In this document: one piece after another, positions 27,150 through 39,574 of the stretch | Position numbering within the stretch: position 1 is the first letter of the stretch | Layout of the letters: each line of letters starts with the position of its first letter | From: Rhizophagus irregularis | Taxonomy: Eukaryota | Assembly: GCF_026210795.1 (NCBI RefSeq) | Contig: NC_089435.1 | Coordinates: 4,278,001-4,342,000 of the forward strand | Length of the DNA stretch: 64,000 bases | Reading direction: 5' to 3' | The notes under the pieces: generated by a model | Seen by the model: the letters and a program-made list of their open reading frames with translations, nothing else | Database searches by the model: none | What the model was told of the DNA's origin: nothing | Translations under genes and position numbers: made by a program

Positions 27150-29103
27150 ATATGCCGCATAACATTATCCAAAAAGTTACTCATGGCTGGCTTTTTGTGT
27201 CTTTCTACTCGCGCCTCGCTTACTTATACCATATTTTGGTCGTCGTAGCGTTTCCTTCCATGCAAACTACCTATATAGTTTCTAAATCAAGTGTATAGTT
27301 ACACCTTTTTAAGTAATTTATTATCAAAATTAACAATATATAAAAGGTATAATTTATTTTTTACAGTAACGTGGAGCTTTAAATACATCTGTTCAATTAT
27401 CATCAGTTCAAGATAGCTGAATAAAAACTGATTTTGTTCAAGCGCAGTAGCAAAGTTATAATAGTTCAAGAGGCTGCAAGAAAGTTGTACCAAAGAAAAA
27501 TTAAAAATTCAAAATCTCAAAGTATATACTTTAGACATCATATATTAATCAAGTTGTATTCTTTATTTTAGACATAAACTTTGATCGTTATTTCTTAATA
27601 GATTGGGACAATTCTGCTTCTAATACAAATGATGAAGATAGTATCTTCGCTTCATTACCTCAGATGAATAAAACCACTTTGTCCGCAAATGATACAGACG
27701 AACCAGAATGGAATTCTTCAAAGAAGACCTTGACTCTTTTGTGAACGGTATTTCTGGACCTGAAAAATTGTATGAAGGAGTTAAGAATTTTTTTTCGGTT
27801 AACTCAAATATACAGATGACATTGTGATATGATATGAAACATCAGATTCAAGTTTTGTGAAGAACGCGTAAAACATGCAATTATTGATAGATTAAAGGCG
27901 TAATGTCGTAATGAGCCATTGCAAATTTTAGTGTTGTATTAGATAATTTATTAATAATAATTAATAGTTTTTCAAATATATATCCTAATTTATCAATGAT
28001 TTCTATACTAATAATTTTTTCGATAAAACTTTAACATTAGTACAAATATACAAATAAATGAAAAACAGATGTAAAATGGATTCTTAATTCTTCTTTTAAG
28101 ACAATTTATGAATGGATTTCCTGTTTATAAGATAATCATGTTTTTTTGAGTTTTATGGCCGGAACCATGATTATAAGTAATAGTTATTTCACGGAGTCAC
28201 TGTAAAATATCATGATATATTATTGCTTAAAGTATTTTTTTTTTTTTTGGAGAAAAGTAAAAAGCAAAAAAGGTTGATTTTTTATAAGAAAATATTACTT
28301 ATCTTGTATGTCTTGTTGACCATGATAGTCATGGTCGGTTGATTTTTCTGGAATCATATGATCTAATAAGATAACGCGATCTAGACTGGAGATGAGTTGC
28401 ATATCTACTGTACATACATTTTCACATTTACGGATAATGTTGATAATATTTCATTTTATTTCTTATATTAAAAATAATTACTTTTAAAGATCCTTTTCCT
28501 AATACAGAACTCGACTTAACTGGCGCGTTTTTGATTAAATTTTAAGAAATAATTTTAAAAATATTACGAAGTATTGATAATTGCATAAACCACGTCATCG
28601 ATTGGGTGTCTAATAAACAAATATTGAGATTAGTAAAATCTTATTTTGTCATATCATTAATTCTGTTGGTGTCAGCAACGTATGCATGCGGGTCAACCAT
28701 TTTATGACAAAAATATTGAACCACTATTATTTCCTGATCTTTTTCCATATGGAAAAGGCTTTTATAATGAATGAAGATACAAATCGGCGCTTTAAAGATA
28801 GTTTAGGCAATTATTCAAAATCATTATTACTTTGTCCTGATCCTAGATGGCGTATGTCATTAAAATTATCAGACTCGATTTATTGCACTTATTTTATACA
28901 AAATAAAAAAATTTTTATGTAACATAATACTTTTTTTTAAAAAAAAAAATAATTTTTTGAAATTTAAATATCACGGGAAAAAAAACGTATACACAATAAT
29001 GAGAATAATATTTTTAAATTGAAATTTTATTTTGTTATTAAATAATTTAAATATGACTTTCAAAATATTCATAAATTAAGAAAACTAGTCGATACAAACA
29101 CTG

Positions 29104-29196
29104 CAGTGATGGCAAAATGACTATGCCATTCGGCCATTTCGAAAGTGACCAGTCATTTGAGTCATTTGAGGTCATTTGGATCACTGGCCAGTACTG
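29104..29196. mobile_element. 93-bp internal-deletion derivative of the hAT MITE at 7663-8001
   Basis: Starts CAGTGATGGCAAAATGACTA. The last 51 bp (GTGACCAGTCATTTGAGTCATTTGAGGTCATTTGG.TCACTGGCCA..ACTG) match the right end of the 7663 copy with 3 mismatches. Confidence 0.9.
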
Positions 29197-29498
29197 CATC
29201 TACAATCACCACCACCACTACCTATTGGGCATACACACGCTCTAGTGCATTTGCCAACATGACAAAAATTTCCATTAATATCAACTTGATATCTATGTTG
29301 AAGACGTTCACAATTAATATTTTCACCACAGACAACACCTCCAACAGTTATGCCTTGGGGATTACAGCCTTTAATGTTATCAGGTTTACAGTCACAGTTG
29401 GATCCTATGTTCACATTGCAGGCGGCAGAGGTACCAGAGATGAATAAGACCAAGAGGCTCAAGAAACCAAAGATAAAAAGATGAATAGAGCGGTTCAT
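29181..29498 (-). CDS. Small secreted cysteine-rich protein (effector-like, 105 aa, 12 Cys)
   Basis: Signal peptide MNRSIHLFIFGFLSLLVLFISGTSA. Twelve Cys including three CxC motifs. The stop codon is supplied by the MITE. Confidence 0.85.
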   Translation of the reverse strand: MNRSIHLFIFGFLSLLVLFISGTSAACNVNIGSNCDCKPDNIKGCNPQGITVGGVVCGENINCERLQHRYQVDINGNFCHVGKCTRACVCPIGSGGGDCRCSTGQ

Positions 29499-29672
29499 TT
29501 TCTTCAGGTGGTTTAATTGAATAAGGATTAGGGTTGGAGTTAGGGTTAGATTAAGGTCAGATTAGGATTAGAATTTTGATTTATTATTTTGATCTAATTT
29601 GATTTTTTTATTTTTATTTTTTTGTTTTGTTTTGAAGAATTAACGCCCGTATTTATAATAATTTTTTCCACA

Positions 29673-30018
29673 TGCTAGTTCTAGTTCTCTTATTTTCACA
29701 ATTATGTATTTGTATTAGAGGTATACATAAAACACTCAAGCATTGGTGCTTCTAAGTTTTGCGCTTCCAACAAATCTGTGGTGCAGGATCTTGATGATCT
29801 CAAATAAAAGAAGAGGAATACGAACAATGGATCGACAATATAATTATTTTCTATTAATGCTAGTTCTCTTATTTTCATAATTATGTATTGTATTAGAGGT
29901 ATACATTTCGCGCTTCCCAACAAATCTGTGATGCAGGTTCTTAATGATCTCAAATAAAAGAAGAGCCCATTCGGAATACGAGGAACAATGGATCGACAAT
30001 ATAATTATTTTCTATTAA
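29673..30018. repeat. Tandem duplication (~170 bp x2) upstream of the Cys-rich gene
   Basis: TAGTTCTCTTATTTTCA...GCGCTTCC.AACAAATCTGTG.TGCAGG...GGATCGACAATATAATTATTTTCTATTAA occurs at ~29682-29857 and ~29861-30018. Confidence 0.9.
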
Positions 30019-30132
30019 AAGTCTTCCGTTAAATCAATATTACGCCTATAACAGGTATGATCAGCAAAATGATCTAATTACGATGGATCGGCAAATTGAA
30101 CTAATTATTGATAATTATTGGATCCCGAATGC

Positions 30133-31113
30133 GGTTACAGTACGATTTCCTGAATGCCTTTTTCCTGAATATATCTTTTCCCGAAGTCATTTGCCTGAAT
30201 GCCAATTTTTCGAACTGAACATTTTCCTGAAATATACAATTTCCCGAATCCTTATTTCCCGAATCCCATTTCCTGAAGTCTAATTTCCCGAATCCTAAAT
30301 CCCAATATCCTGAATCCCAATATCCCGAATTCAAATATCCTTAATTCTAATATTCTGAATTCTAATATTCTGAATGGACAATTTCTTGAATTATATAATA
30401 AATTGTATATTTTCTCATATGATCTATAAATAAACTATATAATAAATTTAAAAAATAAGAACTATTGATAAAGACTAATTTCTACCATTTTATATAAAAC
30501 AATTGAATATGAATTTTATTTGTCATAATTATGTAATTTGGGGAGTGGCTATTTCAAGCATCCCTTGCCTGTACAAGATTACGATCAATTGAAGTAAATA
30601 TGAAGTAAACATAAGGAAATATATATACAATCAATTATATTGCATTTTTAGCTAATAAAATTTTTCTCCGACCCACTGAGTTGATAATATTTTCCTAAAC
30701 ATCAAGTAAATATAATTAATTTACATTTTAGGAGATAAAGATTTGGTACAGGTACAAATTTCAAACAGATACTTTGACTGAATAATAAAATCTGCTCGCT
30801 TTGCATTATTTATTGTTTTAATACAAGTTAGTTTATTACATATTAAAATTATACAAAATAATATTAAATTCAGTAAAATGTCCATTCAGAATATCAAGGT
30901 TCATGATATTGGAATTTGGGATAAAATAATTCAGGATAAAAATTCAGGAAATTGGATGTTTCATATAATTCCAGAAATTGAGATTTGGGAAATTGGCATT
31001 CGGTAAAATGGAATTTCAGGAAATGATCAATTTCTGGAAATAGGCATTCAGAAAATTGGATTCGGGAAAAGGTATATTCAGGAAATTGGTATTCAGAAAA
31101 TGGTCCGACAAGG
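30133..31113. mobile_element. Foldback/Mutator-like non-autonomous element with TTCC(C/T)GAA repeat arms
   Basis: About 20 (T/A)TCC(C/T)GAA repeats at 30147-30390 are inverted at 30880-31100. Flanking direct repeat CCGAATGC at 30125-30132 and 31114-31121. Confidence 0.85.
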
Positions 31114-31689
31114 CCGAATGCCGGGCAAGCAACCCTACCTAAAACCTAGGGGCAGTGTGCCTGGCGTTGCAGAATCCTATCTTAGTCTGCAGGTAGAAGT
31201 ATTCAATAAACATTCGAAATAACCGATCTATAAATTTGATTATCTGAGGTTAGATCCGCGGATTGTAGATTTTGGATAATTTAAAATATTTCGGGAACTT
31301 ATGACCAGAATTCATAGACTCGTAGCTTGTTCAAAAAGCCCTTTAATGCTACGAATATTAAAATTTAAACTAATTAACTTACTCTGACTTTTACTTAAAT
31401 AACTACTTTTATCCGGATATGAACTAATGACGGGTTATCTAAATAAGTATTGTGTGGCGCTGTAATCGTGGTTTTTATAGTTATACTATACTTATCTGTA
31501 TATTAATTAACAATCGAAATGAATATTATATATTTATTAATTTAAAATTTATACTCAACTGCCATATAAATGCAACCGTGTATTGTTGTTATAAATTTAA
31601 AGTTTGTAACTTTGTATATAGTATTGAAATAGAAAATAATAAAAATTTTAATTTTTAAAACGAAGTATTATATTTGAAATACTTTTATT

Positions 31690-32420
31690 AATACTATTGA
31701 TGAATTAACCAATTTTAATTGACTCTCTTTTTCACAATTACATAATTCCATTTCATCGAATTTTAGCTTCATGTTCCCTTAATGCAATTTCTTGTTCTTT
31801 TAATGCTAATCATTTTCCCAATATTCAAGCTCTTTAAACCTTAAAGCCAACTCACTCTCTTTATTATGATTATCTTCTTCATAATTATCATCTTCAAAAC
31901 AATCTCCTTCAACATTAGTATCAATCACAATGGTCTTTTTTATTCTTTTTCTTGTTATTATTGGATTGCACATTTTGTGTACGCTTCACAGGGACTGATT
32001 TTGCAGTATTTGACCTTTTAATTTGTATGCGGGCTAATAAATAAATAAATAAATAATTTTTTAAATTAAAGTGATACTAATTATTTTTTAAAAAAAATAA
32101 ATATTTATAATATTGAATATATAAATATATATTACATACTGAGTAATAACAGTTACTAGTAATTTGAGATTCTTTCCACAATGATTGCTTAATGCATGTG
32201 CTGCCTCCAGTCCTCCACAACATTGGTATTATCAAGAGACGTTACCCATATTTTTTTTCTTAGAGTGGTTATCGGGGAGACGTTACCCACATTTTTTTAT
32301 TTCTTAGAGTGGTTATCGGGATCCATCCCAAAACAAGACGTTACCCATATCTCTTTGACATACATTTGTATCAACTCCCAGATCTACAAATTATCAATTA
32401 GTGGTACAGTACATACGCCC
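31690..32420 (-). pseudogene. 3' remnant of a putative Mutator-like DDE transposase
   Basis: Reverse strand reads DNTNVVE..AAHALSNHCGKNLKLL (TN-xx-E-xx-H motif around the last catalytic Glu), then an intron and a broken coiled-coil tail (ELALRFKELEY..LKEQEIALREHEAKI). Confidence 0.5.
32236..32350. repeat. Local tandem repeat (~42 bp, 2 full copies plus a partial)
   Basis: GAGACGTTACCCA...TCTTAGAGTGGTTATCGGG twice, then AGACGTTACCCATAT. Confidence 0.85.
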
Positions 32421-32645
32421 ATAATTCTAAGATTCGATAATTTGAATTACTCACAATCATGTGATTTTAATAATAAACAAGAACAAATTAAGTTCATGTA
32501 AACTATTATGACGTAATAAATCATACATAATTGCTCCTTGATTAACTTGTTTCTCAGATTTTACAAAACATATTTTGAAATTTGTAAAATCTGTATTAGA
32601 GACGGCTAAGTCTATAAAATTTTTTAATAATATTTAACGTTAATC

Positions 32646-33063
32646 ATGAATGAAGCTATTGGATTACGTATGTATTATAATATTTAGGAATACATGTTTT
32701 AAATCTACTAATAACATGGTCACTCACTGTAGTAGAAGATTGACCAAGAAAACGGTGGAGTAGGAACAAATGATCAAGAAAACGATGGAGTAGGAAAAGA
32801 TTTAAAAAAAGGTTCATTTGTATTTCTTCGAAATTTGCCAGAAGAATTACGAGATGTTTACGACGATTTGGCCCCAGAGGCGGATATTTATTTTAATAGC
32901 ATTAAAAGCAACAAAGAAAAGACGAATTATCTCAAAGCAATCTTAGCTACTAAAAAAAAGACAACGTACTAGAAAAGGAGTATGTTATGTTTTGTTTATT
33001 GGTCGTTAATTTTCCTACTGCCGTAATTGTTCTTTTGATTACTCTCGGTCTTATTATAGTTAA
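32646..33063 (+). pseudogene. Small 3-exon gene of unknown function, frame-broken
   Basis: ATG at 32646 followed by a GTATGT donor and a branch/acceptor near 32708-32732. An open protein-like frame follows (DQENGGVGTNDQENDGVGKDLKKGSFVFLRNLPEELRDVYDDLAPEADIYFNSIKSNKEKTNYLKAILAT), then a second GTATGT donor. The phases do not join cleanly. Confidence 0.4.
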
Positions 33064-33769
33064 AGTGATAACTGGATCGGAAAGTGAATTGTATTCAATA
33101 ATTTCGTATAGCATAACGTATAGTATTAGCTAATATTAGTAAATGTATTATTATGAAAATTACTTTTATCAATTTCATTTAACTTTTTCTTTTTAAAATC
33201 TTGATAAAGTGCGAGAAAGAAAAAAAAAATAATGAATGGTAATAAATATATATATATATATTTATATAATTAAAAAATTTTCTTTGATGTTTAGATCACT
33301 CTTCTGTAAATATAACGCGAATCGATTTTTTTTTTCGGTCTGTCAATCAATTTTTTGTTTCCCCTGGTCTGCCTTTAAGACCGAACATTTTTTTTTTAAT
33401 TTTCTTTCCCCTTTTTTTATTATTAATTTTTTTTTTCGAATTAAAAAAATTCTTTTAATGTTTAGAATTTCCACTTTCAAATTCTTTCCTTTTTTCAGTT
33501 TTTTTTTCCGATTATTTTTTCTTTTTTTTTCAAACTTTCCTTTTTCGGATTTGAACACAAATATAAAAGGAATTTAATACATTTCATTTTTATAGGGATG
33601 TAAGGATTGATCTTAGGAGTAAATATTGGACTTTTATCTTTATTATTGGTAAAGATTTTTTGACGATCTAATGTATAATAATATTTACATATCAAAAAAA
33701 AACGTATATATAGTCTGAAAAATTCCTAGACAAATTTCATAAAATAATCAACCAATCACTTTTATCAAC

Positions 33770-34141
33770 ATGAAACTTTCCATCCCATTAACCATTGTTG
33801 CCATAATTTGTATTATAGCACTTGAACAAATTGAAGCAATAGCATTTAATGCTACCATCGGTATATTTGTGTTTTTTTCGCAATGTAAAGTTTGGGCTAC
33901 AGATAGTTATGGTAATATCGTAATGGATACCGGATGGTTGAATTGCGAAGATGGAGATCCAAGTGTAACATTTCATTCTCGAGATATAAAAGCTAATCCA
34001 TACTGGCTTCACGCAAAGGTTATGGGCAGCAAGAGAAAACCAAAACATAGAGGACCATTTAGCTTAGATACCTGTTTTAAATTAACTGGTAATGTTTTTA
34101 AGTGGTCTTTTGATCAACAAGACTTGACATATTGCACTTAA
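33770..34141 (+). CDS. Small secreted protein (123 aa, 4 Cys in the mature part), effector-like
   Basis: Signal peptide MKLSIPLTIVAIICIIALEQIEA. Intronless, with a Trp/Gly-rich beta-type pattern (CKVWATD, GWLNC, YWLHAKVMG, RGPFSLDTCF). TATATATA about 60 bp upstream. Confidence 0.88.
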   Translation: MKLSIPLTIVAIICIIALEQIEAIAFNATIGIFVFFSQCKVWATDSYGNIVMDTGWLNCEDGDPSVTFHSRDIKANPYWLHAKVMGSKRKPKHRGPFSLDTCFKLTGNVFKWSFDQQDLTYCT

Positions 34142-35370
34142 AATTATTTGTATTTAGTTATTTATATTCTTTAAGAAGGCCTTTTTTTAATAAAATTATT
34201 ATCCTAATTTTACGTTTATCTTTGACTATTTCAACTAATGAAAAATTACTATTTAATTTATTAATTAATTTTGTTTGTATGTTATAGTTTTATTAATTTT
34301 AATTTTAATTTCTAATACAATATTTATATTTATCATTAATATATTTCTTAATTATGGTTAATAAAATTGTTTTAATTATTTTCATAATAATTTATTAATA
34401 ACAAATCTATATAATTTTGAATATGAAGCACCGTCCTGGTCAAAAGTCTGAAAATTCAAGATTAATCCCTGAATTTTCTGAGATAAAATTTGGATTAATC
34501 CAAGATAAAATCACACTTTTTAGAATTTTAGAACTCTATGGAACTAATTCAATTTTTTCGGAATTCAAAAAAATTTTTCAATACTTAATTCTTTTGCAAA
34601 AAATTAAAAATTTGAAACTACGAAAATATAATAACAATGATTAAATATTGATGAACTAATTTATAATTTATTTTTTTATACTATGAATAGATTTGATTAA
34701 GTTTCACAAATTAAATTAATTAATATTTTTTTTTTTGTGAATATTGTTAATGTTTCGTTAAACGTAATTATCAATAGCTCGGTCTCAGAGTACTTCCTTT
34801 TTGTGAACCAGCCTCCTGAGTTCCATTAAAAATCATATTTCCAGTTTTCCGCCATTTTGAAAAAAAAAAAATGATTTTATTTGGGCAACGCAGATCAACA
34901 CGTGTAATTTTAGCACTGTAAATTCTTACTATATCTGATATGTATATCAAAATTAATTTTAACACTCTACCATGTTCCTATACTTATGATATCGAATTAT
35001 CGAATGAATTATTTCGAAAAAACTATTGCCATCAAGAAAAAAAATTATCTTGTCAACCAAAAAAATATTTTTTTTAATTCTGTCACCCTATAAAAAATTT
35101 TATCCGTTATTTCTGTAAAAACTCCGTAAAAAATGAACCTTTCACGAATCCATTCACGGAAAATGTAAATAATTTGATGAATTCCGTGATATAATTCCGG
35201 AAATATGAGCCTTTTACAGAAAAAAGGATCGACTTTTTTTACAAACGTATTCATACAAATCATATTTGAGCTAATGTCATAATTATTATATATAGCCAAT
35301 GTCCGTAATCAAAAATCATAAGATTATCATATATTATCAAACAAATTTTTAATTTAACAAATAGAATTTA

Positions 35371-35525
35371 GGGCAGTGTCATTTATTACGTAATATTTTA
35401 GGGGGTGGGAGGGTATTTGAAGGTTATATAACATATAAGTGTAACGTAAGATTTTTCATATTACATGGGGGTGGGTGGGTATAAGCTTATAGTAAATGGA
35501 TATTATGTAATAAATGTCACTGCCC
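35371..35525. mobile_element. PIF/Harbinger (Tourist-like) MITE, 155 bp, TTA TSD
   Basis: TIR GGGCAGTGTCATTTATTACGTAATA / TATTATGTAATAAATGTCACTGCCC (23/25), with TTA on both sides. Confidence 0.88.
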
Positions 35526-35933
35526 TTAATATTTGCTTCACAAATAAGTTTTGTATTAAATTTTTCAAGACAAATATATTAATAATTAGCCTAGTTTTTT
35601 ATTTTAAAGCATATTGATAGATTAACTTTTTCGATCGCTGTTTTAAATAATTAAAATGGCAGTAATGCGAAATTTTCAATTTAAAAAAAATACACAAACA
35701 TATGTTGGTAGGGAGAGGTCTTGACGTAATTGTGAAAATTATCTTAACTATGGAGAGGTCTTATTTACTTAATTTATTTTCATAGTAATATACATTTAAC
35801 ATGGAATCACGATCTTATTTGTCCTTTTTCAAACAAAAAAAATGGAAATCTCGATGATCAGAATCCCGTTATGAAAACACACCCCGACGCCCACAATCTA
35901 ATAAATCATAATCCCGAATTTCAAAACATTGTT

Positions 35934-36692
35934 TAGTGCTTCGATCTGGATGAAAATCATCCGGGTTACACAAAAACTGAACTGGATTGGATTTACAGCT
36001 GATCTCATAACGCCGGCCAGAATTACAAATTCGTGTAACATTGCTTATTTTCTGGTGTCACATGATATTATTTCGGCCAGAATTACGAAATTATCTAAGA
36101 CCGCGAAATTTTCATAATTTCAATTTATTCAATACTTTATTTTTAAAAAAAACAATTTCAAATTATTTCAGCATTGTCTCTTACTATCGTTTAACATTTC
36201 TTTAAATTTTGATATTTTTATATAAAGAATTACTATAGATAGATGTGTTGAGTTAGTAAGGCAATTTTAAAATGTTAAAAAGAGATTTGTTACTTCTTTT
36301 AAAAAATTAAAGAATCATTTGAATCAAATTTTATAACATTAAGATTTTAATTTTTAAAAAAAGTTGTTATAATTATATAAATTTTATAATATCTCAATTT
36401 TTGTAATTTAATCTGAGTAATTTTTCATTTAAAGATAATAATTATTATTTTGTTTGAATGCAAAAATGATTCTTAACGTTTTAAACTTCAGTTGATCAAC
36501 ATGTGATGCAAGTGTTTTCGGTTGTTTTCACTTTTCAGTATTTAAAATGTTTGTTTATGGTCGCACTTTAGTGAAAAAAATATATATATTTCTATAAATA
36601 ATTTGTAAATCTTAATTATATAAAGCTACGGTGCTATACAAAAAATAAATAAATAAAGATTCATCCAGATATATATCCGGATCGAAGCACTG
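35934..36692. mobile_element. hAT-like non-autonomous element
   Basis: TIR TAGTGCTTCGATCTGGAT / ATCCGGATCGAAGCACTG (16/18). TSD is not clean. It sits inside an older ATCCCGAA-repeat element. Confidence 0.7.
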
Positions 36693-36805
36693 CTCATTAT
36701 CCTGACACTTTTTTATCCTGACACTTAATATCCTCATGAATAAAAATAATTATTAAATTCTAATCAGCAGGTTATTAAAAAAAAATTATATCTTTACACA
36801 GTATG

Positions 36806-36925
36806 GGGGGTCTGGTATAAAATCCCGAATTTCAAAAATCCCGTAAATCCTGAACCAGCCATCATTATGCTTAATACTGGTCAATTTTTCGGGATTTTGA
36901 CATTCAGGATTTTGTACGGATCCTC
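36806..36925. mobile_element. ~120-bp Mutator-like MITE
   Basis: GGGGTCTGGTATAAAATCCCGAATTTCAAAAATCCCG vs reverse complement GAGGATCCGTACAAAATCCTGAATGTCAAAATCCCG. Confidence 0.65.
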
Positions 36926-37500
36926 TTTTATCTTTTATCTTTATGGGTTTAATACAAAATCCCAAATGCTTTATATGCAGAACATTACATTTTTATTTAA
37001 TATAAGAATTTTTTTTTTAACTAATAACATTAATAAATTAAATTTACGAAGTATGATTATTAAAATTATTAAATACATATTAATAAAAATATAATTTTTT
37101 AAAATAAAAACGTTAATTTTTGCGAAATATTTTAAAAAATCATTATTACATATTTGATATTAATTGAAATAACTAGCAAGTAAATTTCTATCCAGTACTC
37201 ACGGTTAGATGATCCCATTAAGCTGAAGAAGTAAAAGTTTTCCGCAGTATACACAAGCTATTTGAAGCCATTGGAATAAGATATTATTTTGAAATTTATT
37301 ATATAATCTTTGTAGTTTAGAGAAGGCCGCCAATATGTTGGTTATGGGTTGTTTTGGGAGATGTTTAGATCTGAGTAGAATCATAATTAGGATTTTGTTC
37401 TGGTGTTAAATCTAATATGGTTTTGTTAGTAATCCATGAAATTTTTAGATTAATTTTATTTAGTACAATGTAATTTTCTTCATTTCTTATGCACAGTGAA

Positions 37501-38339
37501 ATTCGATAAACCGGATCTATCAGTTCCATTAAAAATATCCGGTTTATCAGGATATCCGGTATAGTGAAAAAACTTCGATTCATTGAAAATCTATTATACC
37601 AAATTTTTAAAATTTTTTCATGCTAATAAAACTAATATACACTATATTTTAATTTTTTCATCTTAGTTTTAAGTCATAAAGGGTCATGAAAAAACAGGGT
37701 CATTTCACCGACAAACTTTTCACCGACAATCATTTCAAATATGAGATATTTTATTATAAAAACTTTTTATTTAGATATTTAGTTTAGATCTAATAAATAT
37801 TGACTTACTTCCATCTTAGACGGGTTAGTAGATAAAATAACATATAGTTATATCTATTGTATTTTTTTTTTTATTTTTTTATATATGTTATTATAAATTT
37901 CATTAAAATAATTAAAACTAACAAAAACTTTTTTAATTTTGATCATCATAACAAAAACATTAATACATTTATTAAAAAAAACAAACTATTGTGAAAATTA
38001 TGTGCTATTCCCCTAAAATCTATAGTATTAGTTTTTTTTTTGTATTTTATAAAATCTAACAAAGAAATACGTGTTACTAACAAAAAAAATTCCCCATTTC
38101 ATATAAAGATATATTGTAAAAATATTTATAAAATTTTTATATTTAATTTTATATATACTGTATGTCAGTGAAACGTTTGTCGGTGAAATAATTGTTGAAG
38201 TAATTGTCGGCTTAAACGCGACCCCATGAAAATGAATATATAACTTCAGCCGGAATTAAGATCTTATAATTCTGGCCAAAATTAAGATTTACCGCATCAC
38301 GTTACTTAAATTTTATTGGTTAGATCCGGTTTATCGAAT
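37501..38339. mobile_element. TIR element carrying a nested insertion
   Basis: Perfect 19-bp inverted pair ATTCGATAAACCGGATCTA (37501-37519) and TAGATCCGGTTTATCGAAT (38321-38339). True ends may extend a few bases further. Confidence 0.65.
37697..38225. mobile_element. Nested Mutator-like MITE (family of 1428-2361)
   Basis: CATTTCACCGACA repeats on the left and TGTCGGTGAAA on the right. The internal block is shared with 2230-2361. Confidence 0.7.
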
Positions 38340-39574
38340 CATATCTGATTATCCGCTATAGCAATAGCTGTTGACCATAATCCAAAATTTAGGCCGGAAA
38401 TCTCAAAAAGAATCTGAAACCCAAATTACATATATACCTGATTTTCCACTCCAGCAAAAAAGTCCGGCCTCCCTCTTCCAATACAATAAATCTTAACAAA
38501 CTTATTGGAATTTTGGATTGCACCATTATTAAATATAAATACAAACCAGAAGTATTTTCATCAGCCATTTAAATATTATTAAACAATTTATTAATTATAT
38601 CTTCTGATTCAGCTGTGAGAAGTGCATACATGTCATTTTTTACACTATCATTATAACATTTCATAAGGAATAGGATGAATATACAATCCACATATGTTAA
38701 AAGCTTTATACTACGCATTTATAATAATAAATCATGATTAAATGATATCATAGTTATTAAATTTAGCATGGAAAATCATATTTAATAAATAAAAATTGCT
38801 AATTTTTTTTTTCAAATTTCATTTTAAAGCAATATACTGTATGTCTTGTATATTCTATTATATTAGAAATCAAGTAATTATGTAATTTTCCTTTTTTGAC
38901 TGCACCTCTAATAGAAAAGCGCATGTAAATAGGGAGAAGGTAAAATGCGTTGAATATATTCCAAACTTTTTTATGAAATCCTTTTCTTTGCATTGAATTT
39001 TACCAGCATGCCTTTTGCAAATATTCGAATCTCTAAAGGATCACAAATACTCCAAAATTATTGATCAGATGGCTAAATTTTTATTGGTTAGAAATTTTGA
39101 ATTTAAAAATAAAAATCGCGTACGTCCTATAATTTTCACAAGTGAATTTCAAATCATAGAATGAGAAGTATGAAGGCCTAACTTAAATTAAAGACTTGTA
39201 ATAATTTCTTCAACGAGAGCAAAAATATATAATGGAAAGATTGACAAAAGAATACTTTAAAGTTTAAACGAATAAGTCTATTAATTGTTATCCTTACAGA
39301 TATCTGATACATCAGATTATGAATACATTTTTTGTTAGTAACACTAGGCTAATGAAAAACAATTGAATAACGTTGTAATGATTTTTAGATTTCTATAATA
39401 AGGTTAAAAGTAAAAAGAAAATTTCTATTGAAAAAAATCTAAATATAATCTAAATATATATAGGAATATATTCATCTAACAAAAATAATCTAAATATATA
39501 TAATAAATAGCTAGAAAGTAGAAACCATAACTGATAAAACTGAAAGCTAGAATAAGCTATTCTTAGGCTATTCT

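Noticed and set aside
29145..29447. Plus-strand 100-aa ORF
   Set aside because: It is antisense to the signal-peptide/Cys-rich ORF and begins inside the MITE.
30083..30334. ORFs with WDSG/FPE repeats
   Set aside because: They are translations of the TE subterminal repeat array.
33236..33695. Lys-rich and Phe-rich ORFs
   Set aside because: They come from poly-A/T low-complexity sequence.
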